A DNA stretch of 64,000 bases from Trypanosoma brucei. Its lineage: Eukaryota. Every line of letters starts with the position of its first letter. Within the stretch, counting starts at the first letter, position 1. The notes beneath the pieces were generated by a model. The model ran no database searches and was not told the origin of the DNA. It worked only from the letters and a program-made list of their open reading frames with translations. The DNA lies in the NCBI GenBank assembly GCA_000002445.1, contig AL929603.2, positions 64,001 through 128,000 on the forward strand. Direction: 5' to 3'. Of this stretch, positions 35,082 to 49,136 are shown one piece after another. The translations under genes were made by a program, and so were the position numbers.

Positions 35082-37119
35082 AACTCTCCTAATATTATTA
35101 ACTTAACTTCCTTTCCTTTTCTTTTTTCTCTGAAATTATAAATAACTGAAGTAAAGTAACATATGAGGAAAATAATAGCGGGTGAACAGTGTAACATAAT
35201 ATCAAAAGTGATCAAGCATGCTAATGTTTATTCACTATCATTTGTATAATATGATATCAAAATGTATTTGGTATTGAGAAGAGCAATTTCAAAATATAGC
35301 AGCTGTAAATAAATATTTCCCTTGCTTCATTATCATGTGCTAAATATAATGAACTTCATACACCATTTCTTTTTTAAACCATATATAATATGGAAACGAA
35401 AAATATTACTGCCTCATACACCTGCATCAACACTTCGTATATATAATCAACATTTACAAAAAGTCAAATTCTATTGATTAAAATCAAGTAAAACAATAAA
35501 CAATAAAAATATATGGATATTAATGAAACGAAGAAAAAGATTATCGGAACAACACATAGATACATACACACATGAATACGCACTACACAATTGCTTCTTT
35601 GTATATCCTCCCCATTTTTACAATTCATAATATTCACTTGCATTGAATAAACTCATTGAAAATATAAATCACCTATCCCCTCCCCCGTGTATTCACTTAC
35701 TTCCAAAGGAGAATATTAAATAATGTCTGTAGGACAGGTAAAAAAAAACTGATAGTCTTTTTGCATCAGATAACCAGTGAGTATTTCTGTTTACTTTCAT
35801 AATAAATAAAAACATCATTTTGCCTTCAGTTAAAATAAAATTTAATTACTTGCCTCCTCACTGTTCACAACTGTCAACAACTAATTCAGCCCCACACATT
35901 CATATGAATCTGATGTGCCATCATTGTTTGATGAATTCACACACCTTTTATGATAGCGATGATACAACACATTGTAAAAAATTGGAATAAAATTAATACA
36001 ATTAATTGAGGAACCCATGAAAGACTATCATAACATTTTTAAAATTTACCTCCTTTCATTTACACAAATTAAATATGTAATGAGACAATTCCCTTTCAGT
36101 ACCTGTCCACACTTATTGTATCATCATTGTAAGTTTCCTATTGCTCACATACACGAAGCTATTGGAGTAACAAAAAATAAAACAACACATCTAAACAACT
36201 TGAAACTATATATAATAAATAAATAAAGGTAATAGAGAGAATGAGCGTGAACTGACAGATAATAAAATGAAACACGTCTCGCACTTTCCTTATAAATATT
36301 CAATAGTTGGTATGTTACAAATAAAAACAATTACACATTATAGAAAGGAAGGGATATAATTACATTATACACCTGTATGTGGATATGTAACAGTGAGTCA
36401 TAGTAGAAATAAATTGCCTAAACACAATAGTTATGGAAGATAAAATAATTCAAAATATCAATAATATTATTCTATCAACATTCCCTTCCTTCTCCATTAA
36501 GTTTTCAATGGTTTCAAATAATAATTCACATAATCCCATACATGTGTTACGATGGGTATTGCATGCAGTACCATCTAAAGGAAGTGCAACTCATATAACA
36601 TTTTCAAAAAAAGGTATTGAATGGTTGTTTGCTACCATCAATTACATTTCCAATGCCTAATTACACTTTTATATGCATGAAGGAAGTTACTGATGATAAC
36701 TTTGACATGCTCGAGAATTCATAACACAAAGCAGCAGCTGCATGCAATAAAAAATAAAAATATAAATAACATCCGAATTCATTTACCGACAGATGAGTGC
36801 AATTCATTCACCCAAACTTCATAGCTGTAAACATAAACTCGCTGCTTCCAATAGGAAATAATCCCGCATAAATATTGAGTATCTGAAAATGATAGCAACG
36901 GGTTTCCATTTTTGAAATATATGCATAAAATACATGAGGTATATGAAGCCATATTGGTAAAGTGTCACTACGCATGTTGCAATTTACTATCAGAAGTGTC
37001 TGCCTTATTTTATTTCTTGTGTTACTGTAACTCATGAGTATCATTCATTATTCTTTACAATACAACTGTAAGTCATTTTGCATTTTTACATATTTTCTTA
37101 TTCTCTCATACTGGAAGTA
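35082..37119. repeat. B-type segment copy 4 (5' flank of RHS2b).
   Basis: Same start sequence and body as the other B copies. It is the most diverged of the four. Confidence 0.75.
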
Positions 37120-38078
37120 TTCCACATATAAGATTCCTCAATATCGTTCACAAAATAAAAATAATTTCATTTCCTTCTGCATTCAGTTTCTCGTGTAGCA
37201 GTGTGTACTAATCATCCATAAAGTCTTTAATTTGCCAAATACATCATTACGAAACTATTTTCCACAAACAAATAAACAAACAAATCATTGGGACAATATC
37301 TTTGAGGAATTTCCTTCACTATATTTGCAGTTCAGTAGTAATTAAAATACACTTTTCTGTATAATTCAACACATGGTGGAATTGCAAAGAAATGTGATGG
37401 TACTTATAATCAATAAGTTCCCAATTTTCCTCATACGGTCTCTTTTCATGCCTTTACATCCTTATATAATTCACAGAGAATTACTGCAATTTCTTTCATA
37501 TGCTTTCAGGATTCCATAAGTCACAATACAAATAATATATATATATATTTGCTTCTACATAATTTGGACATAATATTGCTTAACATATAAATTATCACAA
37601 ACCTATGATATTACACTCCTCCTAAGAATAATAGAATCAAATTATTTCTATTTTGCATCATTACATGAAGCTTTGGAAAAGGAAAAAAAAGAATCAAACA
37701 AAAGGTAATGTAAAGAACACAGTTTTTTAATACAGATTATAACTTGTTTGTGAATTTCAGATGCAAACACAATATGTTCAAACAGGGAAACAGTAAAGGA
37801 TGTTACTGGTGATGTAAGCACAAATTAACCAAAAATAGAAACATAAATAAAATTGAAACTTATAAAAACACAAATATATATGATACAAATATTTACCATA
37901 TATTATAATTCGCCACCCTCACACTTGAATTACAAAGAGTGCATAACACGCATATGTGGTAAAGCTAATACAACTCGAATATACGTATGCGCCATCTCCT
38001 TAACATAATCATTCTAATATTTAGTATGTATGTCTGTGTGTGTGTAGAAATGATGAAATGTAATCGACAGTCCCTTGA
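37120..38078. repeat. A-type segment copy 3, partial: first approximately 0.95 kb only. Homology ends after gaaatgatgaaatgtaat.
   Basis: Collinear with 1..900 and 15931..16850, then diverges into unique sequence at about 38079. Confidence 0.7.
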
Positions 38079-41000
38079 CTCGGAATGCGGTATTAACGTG
38101 TCTCAGATTTTAAGCATTCTTGTTCTACAAGGGAAGTCATTCGCCTTTTTTTTCCTTTTTGCGCAAACAAAAAATAAAAAGAAGAATACAGGGGTTGTAG
38201 CGGATAACTAGCTTTTTGAATCGTAGGAATATATTATGAAGCATCTACTAAGGCACAATCGTCGTTATTTCACTTTCAACACTTCTTCTGACTCTATCTA
38301 CTTTTATCCATGTTTATAAATGATACTTTTTTTTGTGAAAGTTATAACAAGAAACTAACTCGTATTTTTACTCACCGTCTTCCTTATTTCTATATTTCGC
38401 AATTGTACCATGGCAAAATATCATTCTTGTTTCCTATTTCATTGAGCAGTTATGCTTGCAGAAGAAAACAGGATGAAAATAATCAAGACCTCACCAACAG
38501 GGTCCAGACATCCTTCAAAAAAGAACGAACAAAGAAGTTAACAACGCAACCCTTCCCACAAATGAGCGTCTGTCACTGTGCAAGAAAAAACAATGGCTCT
38601 TCAACTGCACACAACACGAGAAACGATATCAGCGGCTTCAATCCCACAGTTAAAGTCACTTGACGAAACACTCCGCATATGAGACCTTTGCAAAGCAATG
38701 TATTTGCTATTAAAAAAGAAAACGCATTCCTTCACGTGCCGTTTCAACAAACTGCTAGCCAAGAACTAAGAGTATCAACACACACAGGTGATATCTACGC
38801 GTCGAATATTTGCTGCCCAGCTGACTCCAAACTCACAAAGAGGAAACAACACGTAACCACTTACAGCCCAGCTGCTAGTGTCCTTTAAGTACATACAAAT
38901 ACACAACAGCAATCATTGTCACACCACTAACTTTAGGTATCATTTAATGCGTATTTAACAAACATGATGCCCGACTCCAAATGTGAAAGGCACTTGTCAC
39001 GCACCCGCCCCGCCCCCCTCCCCACCAATTCCACAGAATGGTGGAAACAGAGCGGCAAAGGAGGAGCGGCGCGGCACTGTTAAAATAGAGCAGCTGCGCA
39101 TCAGTTGCATTGATTTTGTGGAATGCAGAGAAACCACCAGTTGAGTTTAGAGTAAAGGATGCCTCCCATAGAGCCGTGACGGCAGAATATGATGTAGACG
39201 TCGCGATTCTTTTTTTTTGTTTTGCTGCAACCTCCCGAAATGCGTTGAAACGCCAAGCGCTACCGTCACCCCCAGAGCAAAAACGTTGGGGAGAAAAAGC
39301 GGAACAATGCGTGGGTTGTGGCGCTGAAACCACAATTACCAACTGGCAAGGTGGATGGACCGCGACAGGTGAGCGGGCAAGGGGAGGTATCGCGATATGT
39401 TTGTGAAATGTGGGGAAATGTAAGAAAAGAGACCACTAAATATGATAACGATGTCAGAGCAACGAATATGAATGGCGTACAATTCCGTTCAGAAACACTG
39501 TCTGGAAACTCTGTCCGTAAAACAACAACCGGCAGCACCGACGAATTCGTAACAGAAGGTTGCGGGATGCCAGCCAAAAAAAAAACCATCAATAGGCCAC
39601 AACCACACCGAATCAGAAAGTCCATGTAAAAGTAACCAAATACACGCAGCTCAAACGCTCGAATGTTGGATACGCGGCAGGTGACACGACGGAAGGAATA
39701 TTATCCGGCGCTTGGAAGCATGTCACCACCGCAACGAATCCTCAGAAACTGGACAACTTCAAGTGTGGAGTGGCGGCTTGCATATGAACGCAGTTAATGT
39801 CAGAAAAGGGGTGAAAGGCACAGCGGGAGGAATGGCGGAGTAAAAAAGGCAGGGAGGCGGTGCCAAGACTCCCGAGCAGCCATCCGCTAAAACCTACGGC
39901 ATATGACATGTGTGTTATGGCCATCGCAGCGCAGGAGGAACTGTTGCAACAGATCAGACATGACTGTTATGGGCCCGTCACTGCCTTCAGAGGCTTTTCC
40001 AAACGAAAGGAAAGAGCGCAATGAAACAGAGTGATGCTGACGTGTGCAGAAGTCTGAAGGCATTATATCAGCGAGGTCTGTGGTGACTAAAAGCCTGAGT
40101 TGGATGCATGGTTGGAAGGGTGGTGGATCCTGCGAATAGTTGAAAGTAGGGTGCCTGTACTTTATTTCTCATATACTCGCGTGCTCCGTATACAAAATAT
40201 AAATGCGAAATGGAGCTAACAAACGCGCCAGCAAAGTGACTCTGTTCCTTTACAATGTCCAGACAATTCTTACTAAGACTCTTAAAGCTACTGGACCGAA
40301 GGAACCTCACGACCATGTGCAGCCGGCAAACGTACGAAAATGAGGAGCTGGCCGGCATCCCACCCTCTACTTGATAGCTGCTCTCAACTGGAATATCGGG
40401 GATTATGGATGGTGCAGAAAGCTCACCATTTCGTAGATTCTCCTGAATAGCAATGGAGTCTGAAGGTTAACCCAAAGAATTAAACTGTTGAACAGACCTG
40501 GTGACCCACATAGTCTTTTTTTGTGTGAAGAGTGTCGGACTGCCTTACTGCATCCCTTCGCGTGCATGCAAACTGAGCACAACGCAATGTCTCCTTTATT
40601 ATTTGAAGCATGAAAGCTCATGGATCATAGCCATGTGACAGAACGCCTTGATTACGTTAGACTGATAGGACCGCTGTGTATTTTTATCGTTTATGTTGGG
40701 ATGTGCATTTGATAGTAGCATCTGTTAATGTACAATTATTTTGATGGATTTGGCACATTACAGTGATTTCTTTTGAGAGTTTCTCTTCCCCCTCACTCTG
40801 AGTAGATGTGGGGTAACTGGTTACCTTTCTGACGTTAACATGGTTTGCCAGCTCTGTTTGGAAATGTTACGGTTTCCTCATAGACAGTTTCGAAAATTGT
40901 CCGTAAAGCTGTTTTGAATCCATGTTGCGGTTGTCACGAATCAGAAAAATTATAACGAAGACGGGTCTGCAACAAGTGATTGTGAGTAAGCGGCAATACT

Positions 41001-43974
41001 GCGTATCAAGTAATGTCACATCATGATGATTACAGTGCTGCTTCACAACTTCAGCATAGGGGAATGGCGGAATCGTTTCAAATGCGGAACAAATAATGAG
41101 AGTTCAATTCTTCCTTATTAAATTCCCGTGGCCGCATAAACTGTATGCAGGTGAAACATTTATCAAGGAAACTGTATTTACGAGACTTAATTCAAGGAGA
41201 GATTAGGAATGCAGATACTTCATGCTTTCACTGAACAGCCGTACATCAGACCTGTCAACTCCATTAAGTGACTGAGGAGTTAACCCATTGTAAGGTGTAT
41301 GAACATGGAGACATGGTTTGAGCAACCAACAACCAGTATTCAGTATAGTTGGCTTATGTGAAACCAAAACATCTGCATTCGTGTATGTTCAACCTGACAG
41401 CTTCGCTTACCCTTTTGTTAAGCTATAAGACACTCTTCCAGGTGTATGCAACAAAATACAGTTATGCGCGTGATCTTGCGAGTGAGGATGATAGTCTACA
41501 GGAAACATGCGAAACAGGAAAAATATATATTGAGCTGATCTGAATCCATTTGATGCAGAATGTAAGAGCACAACCCAGCTGATATTTTCGTATTAACCAA
41601 CACACTAAAGAATGATTTAAGAAGCAGGAAAAAGTTGATCCAAACAGCACTTAGCCTGGAGTTGTTTCCAATGCTCCTAGATAATAATGTGTATGATGCG
41701 TATGGGGGTTCATTACTTTTTGAGGGAGTATGAAAAAACGATGATGGGCAGAAACTGTTCGGAAGATGACAATCTTTACCATTCTTATTATTAGGTTGAC
41801 ATCCATTTTGTGATGGTTTAATGGTTTAGTATGTATGAGTGCTTTATGCTCGCTTTATTTGAACACAAACTCATGCATGCGCGAAAATTGTGAAGCTGCA
41901 TACCCACAGATATCAATTAAGGGCATCAAACTTTTGGTGTAAAGCAGTCATTTTCATATGAAGTTAGCATTCCGAAACAGTTACTTGGGAAAGGAAATTG
42001 AAGGTCCACCACCCTTACCAACATGCATTTTATCTGTATTTGTTGTCAAAACGGAGGTCACATATAGTCGCTGCGTAATATATTCCCTTACTTATACTCA
42101 TTAATATCCACTGACGCCTCTCTTTTCTCTCTTCGTGTGCGGGAGGCACTGCCGTCATACAGAGAGAATCGCAACATTGGATAAGAGAATGGATCTCGAG
42201 TGTGTTAGAAGGCAGTCAGAGACGATAGCAGTTGTGACGGTTGTGGTGTTCCGGGTGAATTTGGATTTGATTAATGATGAACCGCTTCGTGTAGCGGTAA
42301 GAGACCCTGATGAAACTGCATGTAAAGAAACTGGAGGAAGGGTTCACAATGGTCATAAACACGTCTTATGGATGTGATAATGTATGAAGTGAAAGTGTGG
42401 AAACAAGGTTGAGAGAAATCATGTGTGAGACTGTATTGGCCAATTTTTACAAAATGGGGATGAATTCTCTCCGTGTATGAATGCTGCGTTGGAGAGTGCA
42501 AATGATGCGTTACATGTACAAGCTGGAGAGGATGGCGACTGACGTCTGAAATTGGAATGGATGTAAAAGGCATAAAGCATTGTACCGATGCGAAAGCAAA
42601 GGGCGCATGCATGTCAACGATAGGAAACTAGTTTAGACTCTTTTTGTTCGGATATGCTTTGGCGGAAACAGTGTGCATGCAGGACCCCCGAGCATCCGAC
42701 AAAGGGATATAGAAGCGTTAACGATAGTCTCCAACTCATGGAAATCCGGCGGACATCAACTCCTCTCAATTATAAGTTACTTCGAGCTTATCAATTTCTT
42801 CCTTATGAGGTCCCATTTCCTCCACACACTTTTGCATCACAACAATGGAGAGAAGGAGAAAATGTTGAAGCGCATTATGCACTGTATCAAACTTGTTTGT
42901 GTATGTATTTGGTCTCTTCTGATATGAGTCTAACCGTTACCAACATGTTACCGGCTCTAGGAATCCATGAGCATGATGTACATAAAGTATCACGAACTTT
43001 GTGCGCGGCCCGATGTTCCACTTAGTGAGCGTCATCAAACTCAATGAGCAGAACCACATGAAAGGAGGAAATTGTGTATTTGTATGCATACATGTGTGTC
43101 AATATGTTGGTTTGTAACACTGTGGTGAGAGTAAATGGAAGTATCTTTTAATATGGAGAACACCACACATAAACACACCTCAGTGTATCGCCAAGAAATA
43201 ATGGCGGAAACGGGTCAGACAATGTTGCAAAGATATCAGTCTCAAATATATACATATGACAGTAGCCATTCTCTGGTCACACAACAAGGAAGAGCAAGGT
43301 GTAGCGTTGATTGGATGTAACGGCAGGATGAATCATTTCCTTTAGAGGACAAATGAGCAGATGCGCGTGTGCAGTCCGAACCGGCTAACTGTGAATTGCA
43401 TTTCATTGAGAAATATTTTGTTAATTCAGCAGGAAGAACGCCTTCTTTTTTCACTCTCATTTTACGCAGACATGACGGTCGATAGAGGTTTGTACCAGCT
43501 GATGCATTTACAACCGTGCACAGTGATAAATGTTAACTGATTATTCCTGTCATGTGACTCTCGAGACGTTACCAGGTGACCATGGAATTATCTTAAAGAT
43601 GTTTGGATAGAAGGGCGTCTGATAGGTGCCGGTCTTCTAATACGGCGAAAAGCTTGTAATGCATGCGTATGTTTGGTAAGATGCGAGGAAGCCATTGATT
43701 GTACTGTTGTAGTTAGCTGTTGCGCGCCGGATTGACTGGGTGTGGTTGTAGCACATCTCAGTAATGAAGTGCAGAAACCTCTCATCCATCGCAGTGATCG
43801 GCAAATATGTCTTAATTAAGTTGAATGGCAGGTGGTGTCTATGCATATGCTGGGTTGCTCGACTGCCAGAAACATGGATTAAAGCAGCAAAAGGTGTTGT
43901 CGTTTGTTTTTATCCATGCATTTGTTCAAACTATCTGTGCATCAATGAGAACTATCATTGTCTTTCAGTACAAC

Positions 43975-44027
43975 CAACCTTTCTATACCATCACTAACAA
44001 CTCTCCTCTTCCATCCATCATTGCTAG
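43975..44027 (+). promoter_or_regulatory. Polypyrimidine tract plus AG upstream of the adenylate cyclase ATG; a putative trans-splice acceptor.
   Basis: ctttctataccatcactaacaactctcctcttccatccatcattgctag lies 45 to 95 nt upstream of the ATG at 44072. Kinetoplastid mRNAs are trans-spliced downstream of poly-Y tracts. This is inference only. Confidence 0.3.
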
Positions 44028-44071
44028 ACAAGATAACTTTCTCGATTAATTTCATTCATGATCGCACGCGT

Positions 44072-46958
44072 ATGCCGGCTGACGAAGCACAGCAAGCTCC
44101 ACCACCTCTCCCAATTACCTTTACGACACCAACACTTTTCCTGTTGCTGTTAGTGTTACTTCAACTTTATCAAATATGTGTTCTTGTTAACGCAGATGAC
44201 AGTAGGAAAGTTACGGTGAAGGCAATATCTCTGTTATACAGTCGAAAATGGGACCTACAAGTTATCAATGCCGTGAATGCCGGTTTCAATGCCTCCCTGG
44301 TTGCTCGGAACTGGACGGTGGCACCCGGGGTGAATGTTGAAGTTGCCCGCTCCCCCTCATACGGCATCGATTCGGTCCAGTTTCTGAATGATTACTTGAA
44401 GCCACTAAATGGCGATGACGCGAACAAGCTGTGCAATACATTAGAAGGGAACCAACTTGTTGGATTCGGTCCCATAACTGAGTGTCGATGGGGCATGAGG
44501 GATGTCTGCCGCATTTTTACTTCCTGCTCCTTGAGGCCACTGGCGAACTTATTACCCCAGTACGTTATGCAGTGAGTCACTTACATGTGCTAAAGCAGGG
44601 TTTCATGTATCTTGATGGGCTCCCGGGAGGTAGTGAGGCATATAATCAGGCAGTGGATTTCATATAGCGCATGGGGTACAGTTTCTGTTGTGTTTTCACG
44701 GGGGAAGACAAAGCGGGTGGCCAAGGTGGATCACCTGAGGAATTCGACGCCGTATGGGATGAGTTTGCTGGGGGAAATCCACAGGCTGTGATTATGTTTG
44801 CCGCCATGAAGCCTGATGCCAAAAAAATATCTCGTGAGGTTGGTGTCTGATCCGCGTACGGAAGATACGTTCGTGCTAACTCCGATCTTCTTGCAGAAAT
44901 CAATTGTGAGCATCTGGAAGGAGACATTGGAGGAAGCGAATGTTCCGTTTGTTCCCCATCGTGTGATTCAGACGGGGTCAAATCCTCTCACTAAGGAAGA
45001 TTATATCGACGCGGTAAAACGCTTTCAGACTGAAATGAGGAACTACTTGACTGAATACAAGGAGTGGAGTGGCTTCAATGATGCAGATCACTTTCTAAAG
45101 AGTGACGCGCACGGGGAGCTGACGATTAATGGCTGGATTACTGGAGAGGTGTTGGCGCGGGCACTGCGTAGCCATGGCTGGATGAAAAATCGCACAGCCT
45201 TCATTGAGTCGCCGTTACGTGGTTGATGGCATAGTGATCGGTGATTTTGGAGGTGAGTGCGATAGCTTTACCACTGCAAATGATGCCACTTGCCGCTGCA
45301 ACCGTGGCAGGAAGGACGTCTACATGAGGGAGATTGCTGAGAATTACCGCCTGCAGCCGCTTGTTGGCAGGCATATTATGACAACTTCCCTACAGTGTTA
45401 TATCGATCCCTCATTCCTATAGATACCACTCACCGGCCTCACCGTTGATATGGAAGATCACGAGGAGCTTCTGAGATGTTCCACACAGTTTGAAACTGGT
45501 GTGTCCACCACGACCTCATCTGGGAAAGCTGGCGAGATGAACAGTTTCTTCCTTCAGAAGGTTGTTACGGATATGCAGAAGGTTTCCGACGAGCTCAACA
45601 CATTACGACGGGAAAGGATAGTCGCTGCTGTGTTCGGCATCGTGACAAAAGCGGTGCTCGGTCTGACATTCATTGACCCTATGACACCAATCCCCCATCT
45701 GAACAGTTTCAGCAGGAATGTGATCCACTTGTCCCCAACAATGGAGCAGCAGCTATGCATGTTAGCGAGCTCCCTCTCCAGCATTCGTGCTGACTTCCAC
45801 CAATCGCGTTGTAAGGGGCGGTGAGGCGTCCGCTTTCATTGATGTGCTAAGAAAGACACTGCTCACATTTGGCTTGAACCTCAGCTCTACCGTTGTGTTG
45901 ACTGCAGGGGACTCTGTTGGAGAGTATCTTTCGAAAAGTGGTAGCACTTTTATCATTGGACTTGCTGTTGATGGCATTGTGGTAACTGAAGAGCATCTAC
46001 GTACTCGCAACAAGGTGCGCGTATTTGTCCAGTTCTCTGGCATTGCGCTGCTGTAAAATGAGTTTGTGCAAGCCTTCAACAGTAGCGACGGCGCCAAGCA
46101 CCTTTTGTTCGCAACAAGTTTGCTTTGCTAGCCAGACATCAACACGACATCGTAGACTGTGCAACGGTTCCACGAGGCGGTACGTGAGGTGGAAAAGTGG
46201 ACGCCGCTGTCGGTGCTGGGTTTCGCCACGGGTAGACTAATACAAGAGAATCTGCAAAACATGGAAAGGGTAACGTCCGGCCTGCTGCTCGATTTTTTCT
46301 TCAACCAAACAGTAATCACCATTGATGACATGCATTATATGGGCCGTACAAACATTATGATTGCATAATCAACGTTGTTGTTGCCGCTGATGACTGCGTG
46401 ACAAACTTCGGTGCTACGGATATAAGTCTGTGTGTGTGTGTGTGATCAATGGCACGTGCGCTACGGTCAGATGCACCAACACTACAGAATGCGATGTCGC
46501 CGTCGTTGATGTGCGCTGTCCCCAACGGTAATGCCCTCAACCCCTCACAACTTGCTGGTGTGGTTGATGACTCTTTATTCGTTGTGGCTCTCGCAATATG
46601 TCTAAGCTTACTTGCGTCATTCCCTCTCCGTGGCACCCGTGATAACGACAGCGCGCCGAAGGAGCCAACGGACCCTGTGACACTAATATTTACTGACATT
46701 GAGAGCAGGACTGTGTTGTGGGCTGCACACCCTGACCTGACGCCTGATGCCGTTGCAACACATCACCGTCTGATTCGTTCACTGATTGGGAGGTATGACT
46801 GCTACGAGGTGAAAACTGTTGGTGATTTGTTCACAATAGCGAGCAAGAGTCCCTTCGCTGCCGTCCACCTCGCACAGGAACTACAGCTGTGTTTCTTGCA
46901 TCATTCCTTCCGAAGGGGCTGCACAATTTCTGACAGCGCCGAATGGACAAATGCATAA
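44072..46958 (+). pseudogene. GRESAG4: Receptor-type adenylate cyclase (GRESAG4/ESAG4-like) pseudogene. Retains the signal peptide, the extracellular domain (with at least 4 frameshifts), the transmembrane helix and the first approximately 100 aa of the cyclase catalytic domain. Truncated after ...LQLCFLHH.
   Basis: The N-terminus MPADEAQQAPPPLPITFTTPTLFLLLLVLLQLYQICVLVNA is a signal peptide. Later pieces are read in shifting frames across ORFs 43958..44575, 44816..45226, 45450..45824, 45787..46056 and 46159..46368. ORF 46449..46958 carries a hydrophobic helix (LFVVALAICLSLLASFPL) followed by VTLIFTDIESRTVLWAAHPDLTPDAVATHHRLIRSLIGRYDCYEVKTVGDLFTIASKSPFAAVHLAQELQLCFLHH. This is the characteristic N-terminal half of the trypanosome class-III cyclase domain. 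It then diverges (SFRRGCTISDSAEWTNA*) and stops. Confidence 0.75.
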
Positions 46959-49022
46959 TATTACTGAGCGCTGCTTACGCACGCAGCTTATATAATGTCA
47001 CATGCGTTGTGATTTGTAGAGGGGAGTGGGCCACCAGAAATTAGGTCATTTTAATGTCAATAAGTTTTTACCGCTTGTTGGAGCCGTCATTCCCCGCACT
47101 TAACCTTTTCGAACCGAGGAGTTGGTAAAAGACGGCCAATCAACGGTATCGTCGACACCATGGCCATCAGTACGGGATTTTACATACGGTAACGAAGCGT
47201 GGGCATATGTTTTTCTTTAAACGTCATTTTTATTTTATTTTTCTGTACATTGTTGCTGTCACTTCTATGAAGTATAGCCAGAATGTCAGAGTAGTGCATT
47301 TGTGTGCAAAACAAAGAAAATAATACTCCCTTTGTTTTTCTCTCCCTCTTGGGTTGTATGAAAAGAGGGGGCTCCTGTTTGTAGGATGACAAGAGCTGTT
47401 TTGTTTCTTTCCTCAAAAAAAATTACATGCTCCATAGTTGCTCCAATATTCCCATCCCTTCATTGGAAAATGACCCGACGGCTCCGTCCATGTGAGTGAA
47501 GCGGTGTCCCTGATATTTGCCCTGATGCTTTTTCTTTTTTCCACCGTGGAACCTGCACTGCACTGCACTTGCGTTCCCTCATCCCCTCTTACAGTTATCC
47601 GTTTCACTTCCCCTGTTGAGGAATGCGTATTTCCAACCGTGCGAGATATCAAACAGTAAATCTGTCGGACAAACAAAAGGCTGAGAAATTCTTCACATAA
47701 ACTTATGAGCTTCCACCACTGAGGCACGCACGCTCACCAACACCAACAAAGTCAAGCAAAAGTCGCTGCATATTAATACTCAATGGCGCCATAATGTTCC
47801 CTTTTCCTTTTTCCTTCCGTTGGGGTTACACAACACTTGTGGGAACCCGCTTCACTTCGTCCTTTTCCAATTATGAAGGTAACTGTGTTTTGTTTGCCAC
47901 ACTTCCGCTTGTTATTTCTCCAACTGGTTTCACTTTCAGAAGTCGCGTGTACACCACTTGTGGAGGAAATATTACATTAAGCAAAACCAACAACGAAAAA
48001 AATGGCAATACATTCTAAAACATTCCCTCAACATTGCAGAACTCATGAAAGGAACCATGGTTACTGCCACCAGGCTAAGCAAAGACCAAAAGGCTTTTGA
48101 AATGTGTTTTCGAATCGAATGTACCACTGGTATTTCTTTAACATGCAAACACAACACAAATCACTGCATACACAAACACGAGTGCCAAGCTTCTTATAGA
48201 GATATTTCAATACCTGAAAAAGGGACCGGGACGCAAAGTTTGGGAATGGAATTTCCCCACCCGTAACGGTGATTATCTAAGACGCTCAATCAACACATTT
48301 CCGCCTGTCCACAGTTAATCGGAAACCGTAGTGCCCATATGTCTCCCTAATTACTGTTGTCCCTTCAGTTTTCACAGTAGATGTTTCAATTGGTTTCTGC
48401 GGCCGAGGTAAATAAAGCTTATGTGTCATATCCGGGAGGTGTTTCCATGTGTCTTCGCTTTCCGTTTTGTCACTGCGTTTGGGCTCACGCAATGACATTA
48501 ATTGAAATTTCAGGCCACTACCATATATGGGTGGCTCGTGGAGAGAGTGAGGATTGGGATTATTCTAACAGCTTTGTGGTTGTGTGTGTCGTGCTTTTGG
48601 AAAATATTGCAACCAATGAAAGGGAAGGCAAGTGTCACCTTACTTTCCATGCTGCGACATCAATGCATAAGAATTATATGCTAGTTGCTCTGCGAGGGAA
48701 GGCCGTGAAGGCGAAGGTTAGCTTCCGGTTTAAGGAAGTGTAGAGACTTCCTGATACTACTGTCAGAAACTACTGTTGCTGCGTGCTTCAGGCACTGGGT
48801 CAGTAATTCATAAATACAACAACGAGAATAAAATTAATCCCTTGTGGCTGCTAAGCGTGTAAGCAACTGAGAATAATAAACAGTATATTTTTGCCACACT
48901 TTATTGATTTCTTTATATATACAAAAAACCTCATTACATTTATCATTTCTTTTGTGCCCAAAGACTGCTGAATGAAGGTTAGGATTACTGACCATAACAC
49001 ATTTTGGCATGCACCTCAATTA

Positions 49023-49055
49023 CTTCCTTATAACACTTCCCCCCCTCGTTTGATT
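49023..49055 (+). promoter_or_regulatory. Polypyrimidine tract upstream of the LRR gene ATG; a putative trans-splice signal.
   Basis: cttccttataacacttccccccctcgtttgattc followed by AG dinucleotides at 49062 to 49090. The ATG is at 49137. This is inference only. Confidence 0.3.
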
Positions 49056-49136
49056 CATCGCTTAGCTCTATTATTAAAAAAGAAAAAGCATTTCCTCAAC
49101 ACTCAGCACCTCAAGGAATCGGAAACGGGAACTACA

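Noticed and set aside
38944-43846. ORFs of 60 to 130 aa in the strand-switch interval: 38944..39342, 39266..39625, 42271..42612 and 42654..43025. They could be VSG or ESAG pseudogene pieces.
   Set aside because: I could not match any to VSG hallmarks (N-terminal signal, conserved Cys pattern, C-terminal GPI signal, 3' UTR 16-mer) or to ESAG families. They are left unannotated rather than named.
48972-49136. The ORF-track start of the LRR protein at 48972 (MKVRITDHNTFW...).
   Set aside because: This ATG lies upstream of the polypyrimidine tract and AG, which are the probable trans-splice site (49023..49090). The first ATG downstream of it is 49137 (MSGNQGRKRQR...), which is preferred as the start. 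The upstream extension is unsupported.
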